A stretch of 64,000 bases of DNA. It comes from Octopus vulgaris. Taxonomy: Eukaryota. The notes under the pieces are model-generated. The model searched no databases. It was not told where the DNA came from and saw nothing but the letters and a program-made list of their open reading frames with translations. A program made the translations under genes and the position numbers. Positions 56,546-64,000 of the stretch are shown piece by piece. The first letter of the stretch is position 1, and each line of letters opens with the position of its first letter. The DNA lies in contig OX597833.1 in the NCBI GenBank assembly GCA_951406725.2, positions 38,502,001 through 38,566,000 of the forward strand. Direction: 5' to 3'.

Positions 56546-57505
56546 TGTGTACAGTGCTCAGGTGCACTACAACTCATCTAAAGTGTATATATAATCAGGT
56601 GTAGTTTCAGCGGATTTCGGAAAGCATGAGGGCCTTAAAGGATGCAGTGTCATGGCAGTCAACAACTGACGCAGGCAGTTTATTCCATGCTTCAGCAACT
56701 CTGAGCGTGAAAAAATGTTTCCGAAAGTCATGGGAGCTGTGTTGTTTTCTGACTTTGTAGGCATGTCCACGTGTGTTAGACACATGGAGATCAAAAAGGT
56801 GTTCAGTGTTGTTGTTGGTGAGGTGGTTGATAACCTTGTGGGTGTTTACCAAGTCCGTCGCCAGACGCCGGAGCTTCAGTGAATCCGTGCCCAGGGAAAC
56901 AAGGCGCTCAGAATATGGTAGGTGTCTGATGGAGGGTATGCGTTTGGTTGCACGTCTCTGGACAGATTCCAGGAGGTCAATGTTCTGAGCAAGATAGGGA
57001 TTCCAAACTGATGATGCGAATTCCAAGTGTGGTCGTACCATAGCTGTATACAGTTTTAAATAGATGGCTGGAGAGCGGCTAACAAAAGTCTTGCTGAGTG
57101 ATGCCAAGACACCCTCGGCCTTCTTGACAATTTTAGAGATATGCTTTGTCCAACGCAAATCACTGCTGACAGTGATGCCTAGGTCACGCTCGCAAGAGGA
57201 TTTCTTGATATCAGTGTTGTGGAGGGAGTATGTGGACGCAGGGTTTTTTCTCCCAAAATGCATGGTGGTACACTTGTCCACAGCCAGTTTCAGTTGCCAG
57301 TCTGTGATCCATTGCTGCATTGTGTCTAGGTCTGATTGCAGGAACGAGTTGTAGACATCAGGAATGAGAGAAAGAGAGAGAGAGGGGGGGAGTGGTTAGT
57401 GCATGTTACAAGCTATTATGTTACCCTTCACAATCATGTGGATCATTGCAAGCTAGAGATAGACTTCTATTGTATTAAGGATCATTGCATGTAACGTTGT
57501 GTGTA

Positions 57506-57560
<55 letters not shown>

Positions 57561-60500
57561 TATATATATATATATACATTTTTTTTTTTACTTGTTTCAG
57601 TCATTTGACTGCGGCCATGCTGGAGCACCGCCTTTAGTCGAGCAACTCGACCCCGGGACTTATTCTTTTTGTAAGCCCAGTACTTATTCTATCGGTTTCT
57701 TTTTGCTGAACCGCTAAGTGACGGGGACGTAAACACACCAGCATCGGTTGTCAAGCAATGCTAGGGGAACAAACACACACACATGCACATATATATATAT
57801 ATATATACATATATACGACAGGCTTCTTTCAGTTTCAGTCTACCAAATCCACTCACAAGGCATTGGTCAGCCCGGGGCTATAGCAGAAGACACTTGCCCA
57901 AGATGCCATGCAGTGGGACTGAACCCGGAACCATGTGGTTGGTTAGCAAGCTACTTACCACACAGCCACTCCTGCGCGGGTTCAAGGGAAACTGGGTTTT
58001 ACACAGCAAGAGCTAAAGATCTAAATAGAGTTGTTTAGCAACAAGCCCACCTTAGTCATGTAGAAGCTTCATAAGCCATTCCTGTTGTGACCATCTCCTC
58101 TTCCTTTCAGGTATAATGTATATATTACTCAGTTTTCCAATGTGTTTTGCATTTTTTGGGAACTGCCAGATGTGACCTAAAGAGTTGGTTACTTTTTCTT
58201 TTTTTACAAGAATGCTGATGCTAGCTTGTTGGGTCATAAAGAGCAACATTTATTCTTGTAGAGGAAGTAGAGAAGAAATACAGGGCAAAGCAGTAGACTA
58301 TTTAACCTTTTAGCATTCAGATTATTCTATCAAATAGAATGCTTATTTATTCACATTATTCTGAATCAATCACACATTGTCTCATGGTTTCAAGATTTCC
58401 TTGTGATTGTTTACTTTTAAAATGGCATGGTAGGTAGGTGTGATCCACGCATTGGAGAATCCAGTACAACACGCCAAAGAAGACACAGGTGAAATAAACT
58501 GAGGAAGACGTGAAGTCGCAGCATCTCAACCTTGAGTATGCTAAGCTCAGTGCCATGAATCAGAAAGCATAGAATAACATCATCAGCAGAGTTCATCATC
58601 CAGCAGCATATTGGTTGAGAAGACAGCCTCCCCATCCAGTCAGCAGCTAGGGACCAGTCATTGTCATTCATCAGGTGCAGGAGGCTGGATCTGGTTGGTT
58701 TGAACATAATACAGGTAGAATATTTGGGCTGGATGTGGTTGGTTTAAATACTAAAAGGTTAATGAATATTTTCAGTAAAGAAGGATTTGTTTGTGAAACC
58801 CATAGTTTGCTTCCAGATATGACCTATGATGCCATTAATGGAGGTTGTAATAGTTCAGTTGTGTGGTTCAGAAGGTCACTTCACAATGATATGGTTTCAG
58901 GTTCAACTCCAAAGTGTGACACATTGAGCAAGTGTCCTCTGCCTTAACCTTGAGGTCAACTAAAACTTGAAAATGAAATTTAGTAGATGCAAATTGTGTG
59001 AAAGCCCACTGAAAGAACTGCTCCTGTTCTTGGGAGGTTGACTTAATTCGTTGCCAAGTGTATACACCACCATCAGGGCTTAAGTCGAGTCCACTATATT
59101 GCAAGCATTGAGGAAAATGCCCTGCCTGAGGAAGACTTCCAATCTGCATCAAACCAATATTGGAGACCCTGAAAAATGTTATGGAAACTGCTCTTTCTTT
59201 CTGACTAAGCAAAACAAAAACAGCCCTTCAAAGCTGTCGACACTTTGACACTGAAAAAAAAAAATAAACAGCTGCTCTAAGTTAAAATTTATTTTGAATA
59301 TGAAAAGAAAACTACCTGTCTAAGATCAAGATGTTACTACAGATTACATGGGTCTGCAAATTCAGATTTACATCTTTGAAGAAATTATTGGAGTAACATA
59401 ATGCCTTTTCTAATTAACCCTTTAGCATGTAATCCAGCCAAATCTGGCCCAAATATTCCACTTGTTTTATGTTAAAACTAACCAGACCCAACCTCTCAAA
59501 CCTACCCAACAATATCATTCTAAAAATATACAAACACACCATTGAAATCTTGAACCTACAAGATAATGTGTGATTAATTTAAAACAATGTAAATAAATAA
59601 GCATTGCATCTAACAAAGAAATCTTAATGCTAGAGAGTTAAATAACCAATCAATTTTATAGTGAATAGTTAGTATCAGAAAGAGTATACTTGGGACATGG
59701 TTAGCGAAATTGGAATAGAAAGTGAAAATACTATATGTGGTATTTCATAAATGAAAGCATTTCAGTAAAGTTATATATTTTCAAGGTTAGGTCAAATTTC
59801 ATTAATCAAAATATATTGAATTTCTGTTAATCAATTATATACTGTTATACTGGGTAACCATGTATCTCCTCTACAGCAACACACCTGTTTCTATCCCTCT
59901 GATACACTTTAACCTCTCATCACCTAGCACAAGGCCATGTTTTCCAATGCCCCTTCTCTCTACTGCTCAGAGGATTGTAAGTTAGTTGCTGACCCCACCA
60001 GTGGTGGTGCATCTAGTCCACACTGTAAAAACATGCCAAAACAAACCTTGCTGGCACTGGTACCACATAAAAAGCACTCAGCCCACTCTGTAAGGTGGTT
60101 GGTATTAGGAAGGGCATCCAGCTATAAAAACACCTACCAAAATAGCCAGTGAAGTCTGGTGCAGTCTTCTGCCTAGCCAGCTCTTGTCAAACTGTCTGAC
60201 CCATGCCAGCATGGAAAACAAGCATTAAATAATGATGATGATGATGATGATTAGGCTTCTGTAAGGTGGCAAACTGGCAGACTTCTTAGCATTTCAGGCA
60301 AAATGCTTAGCGGCATTTTGTCTGTCTTTACGTTCTGAGTTCAAATTCTGCCAATGTCACCTTTGCCTTTTATACTTTTGGGGGTCAATAAAATATGTAC
60401 CAGTTGAACATTGGGGTTAACGTTATCAACATATCCCCTTCCTGGAAATGACTGGCCTTGTGCCAAAATTTCAAACTTAGTATATTAGACTTCTGTTAAT

Positions 60501-61960
60501 TGATTATAATCGATTACTGAAGTAACAATTAGGTTTTAGTTAATCAACTATATTTCTTCCTTAATAAACTATATTCTATTTCTAACCAACTACACACCTT
60601 TTTTAGTGGTGGCTTAGTGGTTAGGGAGTTGGATTCATGATTGTAAGATTGAAGATTGTGGTTTCAATTCCTGGACCCGACGATATGTGTTCTTGAGCCA
60701 CACACTTCATTTCACATTGTTCCAGGTTACTCAGCTGGCAGAAATGAGTAATCCTGTGACAGACCAGCATCCCATCCAGATGAGGAATATATATGCCATG
60801 GAAACCAGGAAACTGGTGCTTATGAGTCAGTATGACTTGGGAAGGACCTCTGAGATCCCCTCTTTTTTTATACACCATCTTTATACAAACAATAAAGAAA
60901 AAGATAAACCAAGCAATTTTAGAAAAAAAAAAAAATATTAATCAAATTAAAAAGAGAATGCAAAACAGAACAAAACTAACCTTGTTAAATGGCTGAGTAC
61001 ATATTATCTTTACTCGGTCCCACTTCTCTTCAGTTGCAGGCTTGCTTAACTTTTCTAAACCAAACATGCGTACACTGAATCGATTTGTATTATTTCGGCT
61101 TTCCATTGGAGACATAAATGATGATGTGACAAGAATAACCTGATAAACAGGAAAAAATAGAATATATATAATAGTCATTTTTGCTATAGGCACAAGGTCT
61201 GAAATTATAGGCGAGAGGGCTAGTCAATCTCACTGATCCCTGTACTTGACTGGTATTTATTTTTATGATCTCGCATGGATGTAAGGCAAAATCAGCCTTA
61301 GCAGAATTTGAACTAAAACCAGAAGAAATGTCGCAAAGCATTTTGTCTGACATGTTAACAATTCTGCCATGACTCCACTTTTAATATTGATCTCAAATTG
61401 TAGCACAAAGCCAGTAAGTTTGGGGGAGGAGCTAGGTTGATTAAATCAACTCCAGTGCTCAACGGGTACTTATTTTACTGACTCCAAAAGAATGAAAGGC
61501 AAAGCCAACCTTGGCAGAATTTGAATTCAGAATGTAAAGATGGACAAAATGCCATTCTGTCAGGTCTATTAATGATTCTTATTTCTTTATTGCCCACAAG
61601 GGGCTAAACATAGAGGGGACAAACAAGGACAGACAAAGGGATTGAGTTAATTACATCGACCCCAGTGTGTAACTGATACTTAATTTATCAACCCCGAAAG
61701 GATGAAAGGCAAGGTCGACTTCAGCGGAATTTGAACTCAGAACGTAATGGGAGACGAAATGCTGCTAAGCATTTCGCCCGGCATGCTAACGTTTCTGCCA
61801 GCTTGCCACTATAGTAGTAGTAGTAGATGATGATAACAGTTGCATTAAGACAAACCTTGAAATCTTCATTGTGAGATGAGGATCGTCCCACCAAAACCTC
61901 AATAAAAGCAGAGCCATCATTTCCGATATCAATTGAGTGGATTTTTGAGGCTTTTTCAAA
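20062..61960 (-). CDS. XRCC1: XRCC1 DNA repair scaffold, spliced CDS (13 exons in window; 5' exons outside window)
   Basis: join(complement 61856-61960, 60981-61139, 52958-53062, 50496-50616, 44653-44741, 40682-40970, 38631-38793, 33030-33143, 30974-31200, 30460-30526, 26824-27165, 22041-22116, 20062-20178) = 1974 nt in one open frame, all introns GT-AG with matching phases. NTD, BRCT1 and BRCT2 peptides closely match human XRCC1. Confidence 0.97.
20735..21060 (-). mobile_element. RTE-derived 3' end with ~24-bp minisatellite (about 9 units)
   Basis: (CAT)n tail + catgggttggatgg, then gtgcttttacgtggcaccgcatgg-like units at 20838-21060. Confidence 0.7.
22041..22116 (-). CDS. XRCC1: XRCC1 exon (BRCT2)
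   Basis: [25 protein letters not shown] vs human ELEDYMSDRVQFVITAQEWDPSFEE; 76 nt, phase 2-0. Confidence 0.96.
22335..22615 (-). mobile_element. piggyBac-type MITE family 1
   Basis: TTAACCCTTTAG start; reverse complement of the 16051 copy. Confidence 0.7.
22765..23615 (-). mobile_element. Cluster of 4 Nin/Deu-domain SINE copies
   Basis: Four head-to-tail copies; youngest at 23367-23600 retains CpGs. Confidence 0.85.
24447..25013 (-). mobile_element. CR1-clade LINE 3' fragment (subfamily 2)
   Basis: [57 protein letters not shown]; 3' hairpin and (TTA)n tail. Confidence 0.92.
25067..25335. repeat. Tandem duplication, 2 x ~135 bp
   Basis: atatcttgtgagaccacacacctccacctgggaag...ccataccacttta(ta)n twice, with few differences. 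Confidence 0.9.
25345..25635 (-). mobile_element. RLE-type (HERO-like) non-LTR retrotransposon 3' fragment
   Basis: [31 protein letters not shown] resembles the RLE C-terminal PVEVGCRGF motif; 3' UTR tgatgttgaaaag..aaac..gatgatgtgtcc. Confidence 0.65.
26304..26547. mobile_element. hAT-type MITE with 8-bp TSD
   Basis: TIR CAGGGGT...ACCCCTG flanked by a perfect ATCTAAGA duplication (26296-26303 and 26548-26555). Confidence 0.85.
26824..27165 (-). CDS. XRCC1: XRCC1 exon (poly-Asp linker + BRCT2 start)
   Basis: [13 protein letters not shown]...[12 protein letters not shown]...[36 protein letters not shown](G); phase 2-2. Confidence 0.95.
27425..27765 (-). mobile_element. SINE family A
   Basis: Reverse complement of the family A consensus. 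Confidence 0.75.
29098..29420 (+). mobile_element. SINE family A
   Basis: Family A head and core. Confidence 0.75.
30460..30526 (-). CDS. XRCC1: XRCC1 exon (linker 2, CK2-type motif)
   Basis: (D)[21 protein letters not shown](R) vs human SGDTEDELRR; phase 1-2. Confidence 0.92.
30685..30970. repeat. CA-rich ~22-bp degenerate minisatellite in the short XRCC1 intron
   Basis: cacacaacacagcccacact-like units. Confidence 0.7.
30974..31200 (-). CDS. XRCC1: XRCC1 exon (Glu/Lys-rich linker 2)
   Basis: [12 protein letters not shown]...[10 protein letters not shown]...[10 protein letters not shown]; cttttccag acceptor, GAGG|gtatgt donor; phase 2-1. Confidence 0.9.
31281..31948 (-). mobile_element. 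RTE LINE 3' end (ORF C-terminus + repeat-containing 3' UTR + (ATG)n tail)
   Basis: [28 protein letters not shown] followed by ~65-bp internal repeats and tggcgttaggaagggcatccagc. Confidence 0.82.
33030..33143 (-). CDS. XRCC1: XRCC1 exon (BRCT1 second half)
   Basis: [37 protein letters not shown] vs human [36 protein letters not shown]; phase 2-2. Confidence 0.97.
33713..34450 (+). mobile_element. RTE 3' UTR copy interrupted by an antisense family A SINE (about 34115-34300)
   Basis: Internal gtggcac(a/g)taaaaagcaccat repeats; gggcatc|insert|catccagc; (GAT)n tail. Confidence 0.8.
34451..34662 (+). mobile_element. Nin/Deu-domain SINE
   Basis: ggtggcaagcaggcagaa...ttgactttgcctttcatc...gtgccaaaatttgaaa. 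Confidence 0.75.
34690..35058 (-). mobile_element. SINE family A
   Basis: Full reverse-complement copy. Confidence 0.8.
35475..36103 (+). mobile_element. Cluster of 3 Nin/Deu-domain SINE copies
   Basis: Head-to-tail copies with ctgagttcaaattc B-box and gcctttcatcc core. Confidence 0.8.
36590..36836 (+). mobile_element. Penelope-like GIY-YIG endonuclease fragment
   Basis: [61 protein letters not shown] matches the PLE YKA..YIG.T..FK.R..T.LS.YIW.LK pattern. Confidence 0.75.
36841..36990 (+). mobile_element. tRNA-derived SINE
   Basis: A box TGGCATAGTGG and B box GAGTTCGATTCC, but no acceptor-stem pairing; continues into a repeat body. Confidence 0.7.
37485..37900 (+). mobile_element. Decayed Tc1 transposase 3' part + TIR
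   Basis: [11 protein letters not shown]...[16 protein letters not shown] (Tc1 QDNAP.H / WPPQSPDLNPIE); TIR truncated by CR1 insertion. Confidence 0.85.
37901..38208 (+). mobile_element. CR1 LINE 3' fragment (young subfamily 1)
   Basis: [30 protein letters not shown]...WNKLP...; near-identical to the 47.8 kb and 56.6 kb copies; (TTA)n tail. Confidence 0.92.
38282..38492 (-). mobile_element. Penelope-like terminal (pLTR-type) fragment
   Basis: Carries a minimal hammerhead motif; inserted in a TA microsatellite. Confidence 0.6.
38382..38416 (-). ncRNA. Minimal type I hammerhead ribozyme (Penelope-type)
   Basis: GUUU-CUGACGA-A-GAG(CUCCA)CUC-GAAA-CG-UA-AAAC: intact CUGANGA and GAAA core, stem I GUUU/AAAC, stem II GAG/CUC, palindromic ACGU stem III, GUA cleavage triplet. 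Confidence 0.65.
38631..38793 (-). CDS. XRCC1: XRCC1 exon (BRCT1 first half)
   Basis: [48 protein letters not shown]; SGFQNPFR motif of the PAR-binding BRCT1; phase 1-2. Confidence 0.97.
39201..39429. mobile_element. piggyBac-type MITE family 2
   Basis: TTAA-cacttttgttacc ... cagtaatgaaagag-TTAA imperfect TIRs. Confidence 0.6.
40082..40510 (+). mobile_element. SINE family A
   Basis: Full-length copy. Confidence 0.8.
40682..40970 (-). CDS. XRCC1: XRCC1 exon (basic NLS-like linker)
   Basis: [24 protein letters not shown]...SETTTSK; tttag acceptor, AAG|gtgagt donor; phase 0-1. Confidence 0.88.
43210..43640 (+). mobile_element. RTE 3' UTR copy
   Basis: Reverse complement of 31281-31790; (GAT)n tail. 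Confidence 0.8.
43980..44380 (+). mobile_element. RTE 3' UTR copy
   Basis: Same internal repeats and 3' end. Confidence 0.8.
44653..44741 (-). CDS. XRCC1: XRCC1 exon (linker 1)
   Basis: (G)[29 protein letters not shown]; strong ttctttcttgtag acceptor, GAG|gtaagt donor; phase 1-0 joins both neighbours. Confidence 0.88.
46026..46252 (-). mobile_element. piggyBac-type MITE family 1
   Basis: ttagcccttctgcattt ... aacactaaaaggTTAA. Confidence 0.7.
46305..46690 (+). mobile_element. SINE family A
   Basis: Near full-length copy. Confidence 0.8.
47117..47490 (+). mobile_element. SINE family A (young)
   Basis: Close to consensus; CpGs retained. Confidence 0.85.
47772..49378 (-). mobile_element. CR1 LINE, 5'-truncated, with most of the RT domain (1 frameshift)
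   Basis: [67 protein letters not shown] in ORFs 48425-49360 and 47841-48557; (TTA)n tail. Confidence 0.96.
50496..50616 (-). CDS. XRCC1: XRCC1 exon (linker 1)
   Basis: [40 protein letters not shown](G) vs human TKLGQFRVKEEDESANSLRPGALFFSR; phase 0-1. Confidence 0.92.
51300..51762 (+). mobile_element. RTE 3' UTR copy (young)
   Basis: CpG-rich copy with gccggtggcacgtaaaaagcacc repeats, (GAT)n tail. Confidence 0.82.
52655..52922 (-). mobile_element. SINE family A
   Basis: Reverse-complement copy about 35 nt from the XRCC1 donor. Confidence 0.75.
52958..53062 (-). CDS. XRCC1: XRCC1 exon (end of NTD)
   Basis: [35 protein letters not shown] vs human DSPFGLSFVRFHSPP; tttcag acceptor, gtaagt donor (possible in-frame alternative donor ending the exon at 52991). 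Confidence 0.92.
53115..53870 (-). mobile_element. Cluster of Nin/Deu-domain SINEs with (TAA)n(TAG)n microsatellite
   Basis: Three degenerate copies; triplet repeat at 53609-53705. Confidence 0.7.
54268..54843 (+). mobile_element. piggyBac-type MITE family 1 with nested tRNA-SINE (about 54410-54740)
   Basis: MITE halves flank tggctaagtggttagg..gagttcaattcc..tgtgtccttgagcaagacac. Confidence 0.7.
56493..57362 (-). mobile_element. CR1 LINE 3' fragment (young subfamily 1)
   Basis: 237-aa open frame, near-identical to 47790-48607; long perfect (TTA)n tail. Confidence 0.95.
57585..57976 (-). mobile_element. SINE family A (young, full length)
   Basis: CpG-rich reverse complement of the 47117 copy. 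Confidence 0.85.
58302..58762 (+). mobile_element. piggyBac-type MITE family 1 with nested RTE-like 3' fragment (about 58444-58680)
   Basis: TTAA-ccttttagcatt...aatactaaaagg-TTAA; insert reads like an RTE C-terminus ([27 protein letters not shown]). Confidence 0.65.
59414..59641 (-). mobile_element. piggyBac-type MITE family 1
   Basis: TTAA-CCCTTTAGCAT ... aatgctagagag-TTAA. Confidence 0.75.
60040..60478 (+). mobile_element. RTE 3' end followed by Nin/Deu SINE
   Basis: ttaggaagggcatccagc..(GAT)n, then ggtggcaaactggcag..ctgagttcaaattc. Confidence 0.75.
60605..60830 (+). mobile_element. tRNA-derived SINE (same family as 54410)
   Basis: tggcttagtggttagg...gtttcaattcctgg...cttgagccacacactt. 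Confidence 0.65.
60981..61139 (-). CDS. XRCC1: XRCC1 exon (N-terminal domain)
   Basis: [53 protein letters not shown]; 159 nt, tttatcag / AAG|gttagt. Confidence 0.97.
61183..61810 (-). mobile_element. Cluster of 3 Nin/Deu-domain SINE copies
   Basis: Fills most of the 716-nt XRCC1 intron; youngest copy at 61580-61808. Confidence 0.85.
61856..61960 (-). CDS. XRCC1: XRCC1 exon (N-terminal domain)
   Basis: [35 protein letters not shown] vs human [25 protein letters not shown]; ctcttcag acceptor, AAG|gtttgt donor; phase 0-0. Confidence 0.96.
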
Positions 61961-63127
61961 CTGAAGAGAGACAAAATATAAGAAATGAAATTTTAAAAAA
62001 TAATCAAGTTAATATTCCAGTTTTTCAAAAAAAAAAAGAATAATAATTGGGAGAGAGAGATAGGAAAGAGAAGAAAGAAAGAGATAGAATATATATATAT
62101 ATATGCATGTTTGAAAAAAAGAGTATGTGTGAGAGGAAGGATGAAGGCAAAGTAAATAACAACAGCAGAATTTGTTAAAAGCAACTCAGAACATAAAGTA
62201 GCATAACTAAATACTGCAAATATGTTCTTTAGCACACTAATGATTTAACTATACACTTGCAGTAATAATGGTTTCAAATTTTGGCACAACTTTGGGGGCA
62301 GAGGCTAGTTGATTACATCAACCCCAGTTTTCAATTGATACTTAATTTATCAACCCTGAAAGGATGGAAAAGCATAGCCTGACCTTGGCAAAATTTGAAC
62401 TGAGAACAAAAGTATAAAAGAAATGTTGTGAAGCATTTCTTCCATACTTCTGTTAAGGATTTTGCCAGTTTGCTGCCTTCCCACTTACAGTAATGATAAT
62501 AATAAAGATAATAGCTATCTTATACAGAAATCCATTTATTTGGCGGGAAAGCATAGATTATAGCAACACCCAAACATTTGATGGAAAGACCCCAACCCAT
62601 TTTCTCCCAAATTTGTTTATTTTTGTAATTTTTTTTTGCCAAAAATTGCCATTTTCAGATATGGAGGTTCTGGAAAATTGCCAAAAAATCGGCATTGTGA
62701 AAATTTCCCCCCGTTTCCACCCCTCAACCTACTACTTCAATTTTGACTTTTTTCCTCAACACTAACCCTAAAACCGTAAGTACAGAAATGATTTGAAATT
62801 ATTGTCCGAATCATGATTTTTCCGCATATTTAGAAGAAAAAAAATTTTACAAAGATTTTTGGAAATTTTTTTTCAGAATCATAATCTCTGTATTTTTTCG
62901 CATATTTTGAGAAAAAAATTGTGCAAAAAGTTAAAAATGAAGGAAATGGGGGTGGGGGTGTAATTTAGAAATGTCGATTTTTGCTAATTTTTTTGCAGAT
63001 TCGTATTCTCCGTAGCTGAAAAGTGGGGGGAATAGTTTTTTTTTTTGGGGGGGGGGCGGAAGTCTTGCCCATTTGACTGTTATTTATATAAACTAATACA
63101 GACATGGAATAACTTTCTTTTGAAAAC

Positions 63128-63520
63128 ACTCATCATTATCATCCATTTTTCTATGTTCGCATGGGTAAGATGGTTTGACTAGGGCTGGTAGGCCAGAGAG
63201 CTGCATTAGGCTCCAGTTTGTCTTGGCTTGGTTTCTACAACTGAATGCTCTTCCTAATGCTAACCACTCCACAGAGTGTACTAGGTGCCTTTCAATGTCA
63301 CTGGCCACATTTATGATTTCAGCCTGACATGTCTTCTAGAGCACAATTAAATCACTAAAAATCTCAGTTATTTGTCATCGCCTCCGTGAGACTCAACATC
63401 TAAAGATCATAGTTCACCACCTCGTCCCACATCTTCCTACGTCTACCTCTTCCAGATTCCCTCCACAATTAGAGATTGGCACTTCTTTATGCAGCAGTCC
63501 TTGTCCATATACATTACCTT
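63128..63520 (-). mobile_element. RTE LINE 3' fragment
   Basis: GRRRKMWDEVVNYDL*MLSLTEAMT followed by the family 3' UTR and (ATG)n. Confidence 0.75.
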
Positions 63521-63839
63521 TGACACTAATTTAAGGACTAGCTCAACAAGGATTAATTTTGTGGCCTAAGTAATGGAATATATAATAAGATGTTTTCTAC
63601 AGTCTAAGAGCTGATGTTTAGCTCTAATTTTATGATGTTAAGGAGGAGAATCAAATCTTCTTTGAGATAGGATACTGTCTATCATAGTAGCCACATTTCC
63701 AACTAATACATTTCTGTTTTGAAAAAGGAAGGCATCTATTTGATAATATAATCCCAGATACACTAAGTCTGGAAAAAAACTTTGGATCATAGGTGCTTAA
63801 TCAAGGCCAACTTATGGGTTAAACAACAAAATATCAATA

Positions 63840-64000
63840 TCAAATTTTGACAGAAGGCCAACAACTTCGGGGGAGGAGCTGAGTTGATTACATCAACCCC
63901 CAGTGCTCAACTGGTACTTATTTTATCGACCTCAAAAAGATGGAAGGTAATGTCAACCCCAGCGGAATCTGAACTCAGAATGTAAGGACAGATTAAATGC
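63840..64000 (-). mobile_element. Nin/Deu-domain SINE (runs off window)
   Basis: gattacatcaacccccagtgctcaactggtacttattttatcgac. Confidence 0.7.

Noticed and set aside
58868-59252. 114-aa minus ORF and a strong ttttcag acceptor at 59251 as an extra XRCC1 exon
   Set aside because: Phase-0 reading stops after 23 codons, there is no clear donor, the ORF runs into a SINE, and XRCC1 is already contiguous without it

Overview
AT-rich, repeat-dense eukaryotic genomic DNA. The SINE/LINE families and microsatellite load point to a coleoid cephalopod, most likely Octopus (inference). The main gene is XRCC1 on the minus strand. I reconstructed 13 coding exons (61960 down to 20062; 1974 nt, 657 aa + stop), all GT-AG with consistent phases, covering most of the N-terminal pol-beta-binding domain, BRCT1, an acidic linker and BRCT2. 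Its first exons lie beyond the window. The last coding exon of POLR2H (RPB8) is on the plus strand at 9031-9148, convergent with XRCC1. The rest is intron or intergenic DNA containing young CR1 LINE copies, RTE, HERO-like and Penelope-like fragments, decayed hAT/mariner/Tc1 transposases, hAT and piggyBac-type MITEs, several tRNA-derived SINE families and microsatellites. Most ORFs in the track are microsatellite or SINE artefacts. The most interesting observations are: a minimal Penelope-type hammerhead ribozyme in sense orientation in an XRCC1 intron; a young SINE subfamily inserted twice at the same nucleotide of older SINE A-boxes; near-identical inverted CR1 copies bracketing XRCC1 exons; and an orphan exon-like island inside the last POLR2H intron. 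No prokaryotic-type system (CRISPR etc.) is present.
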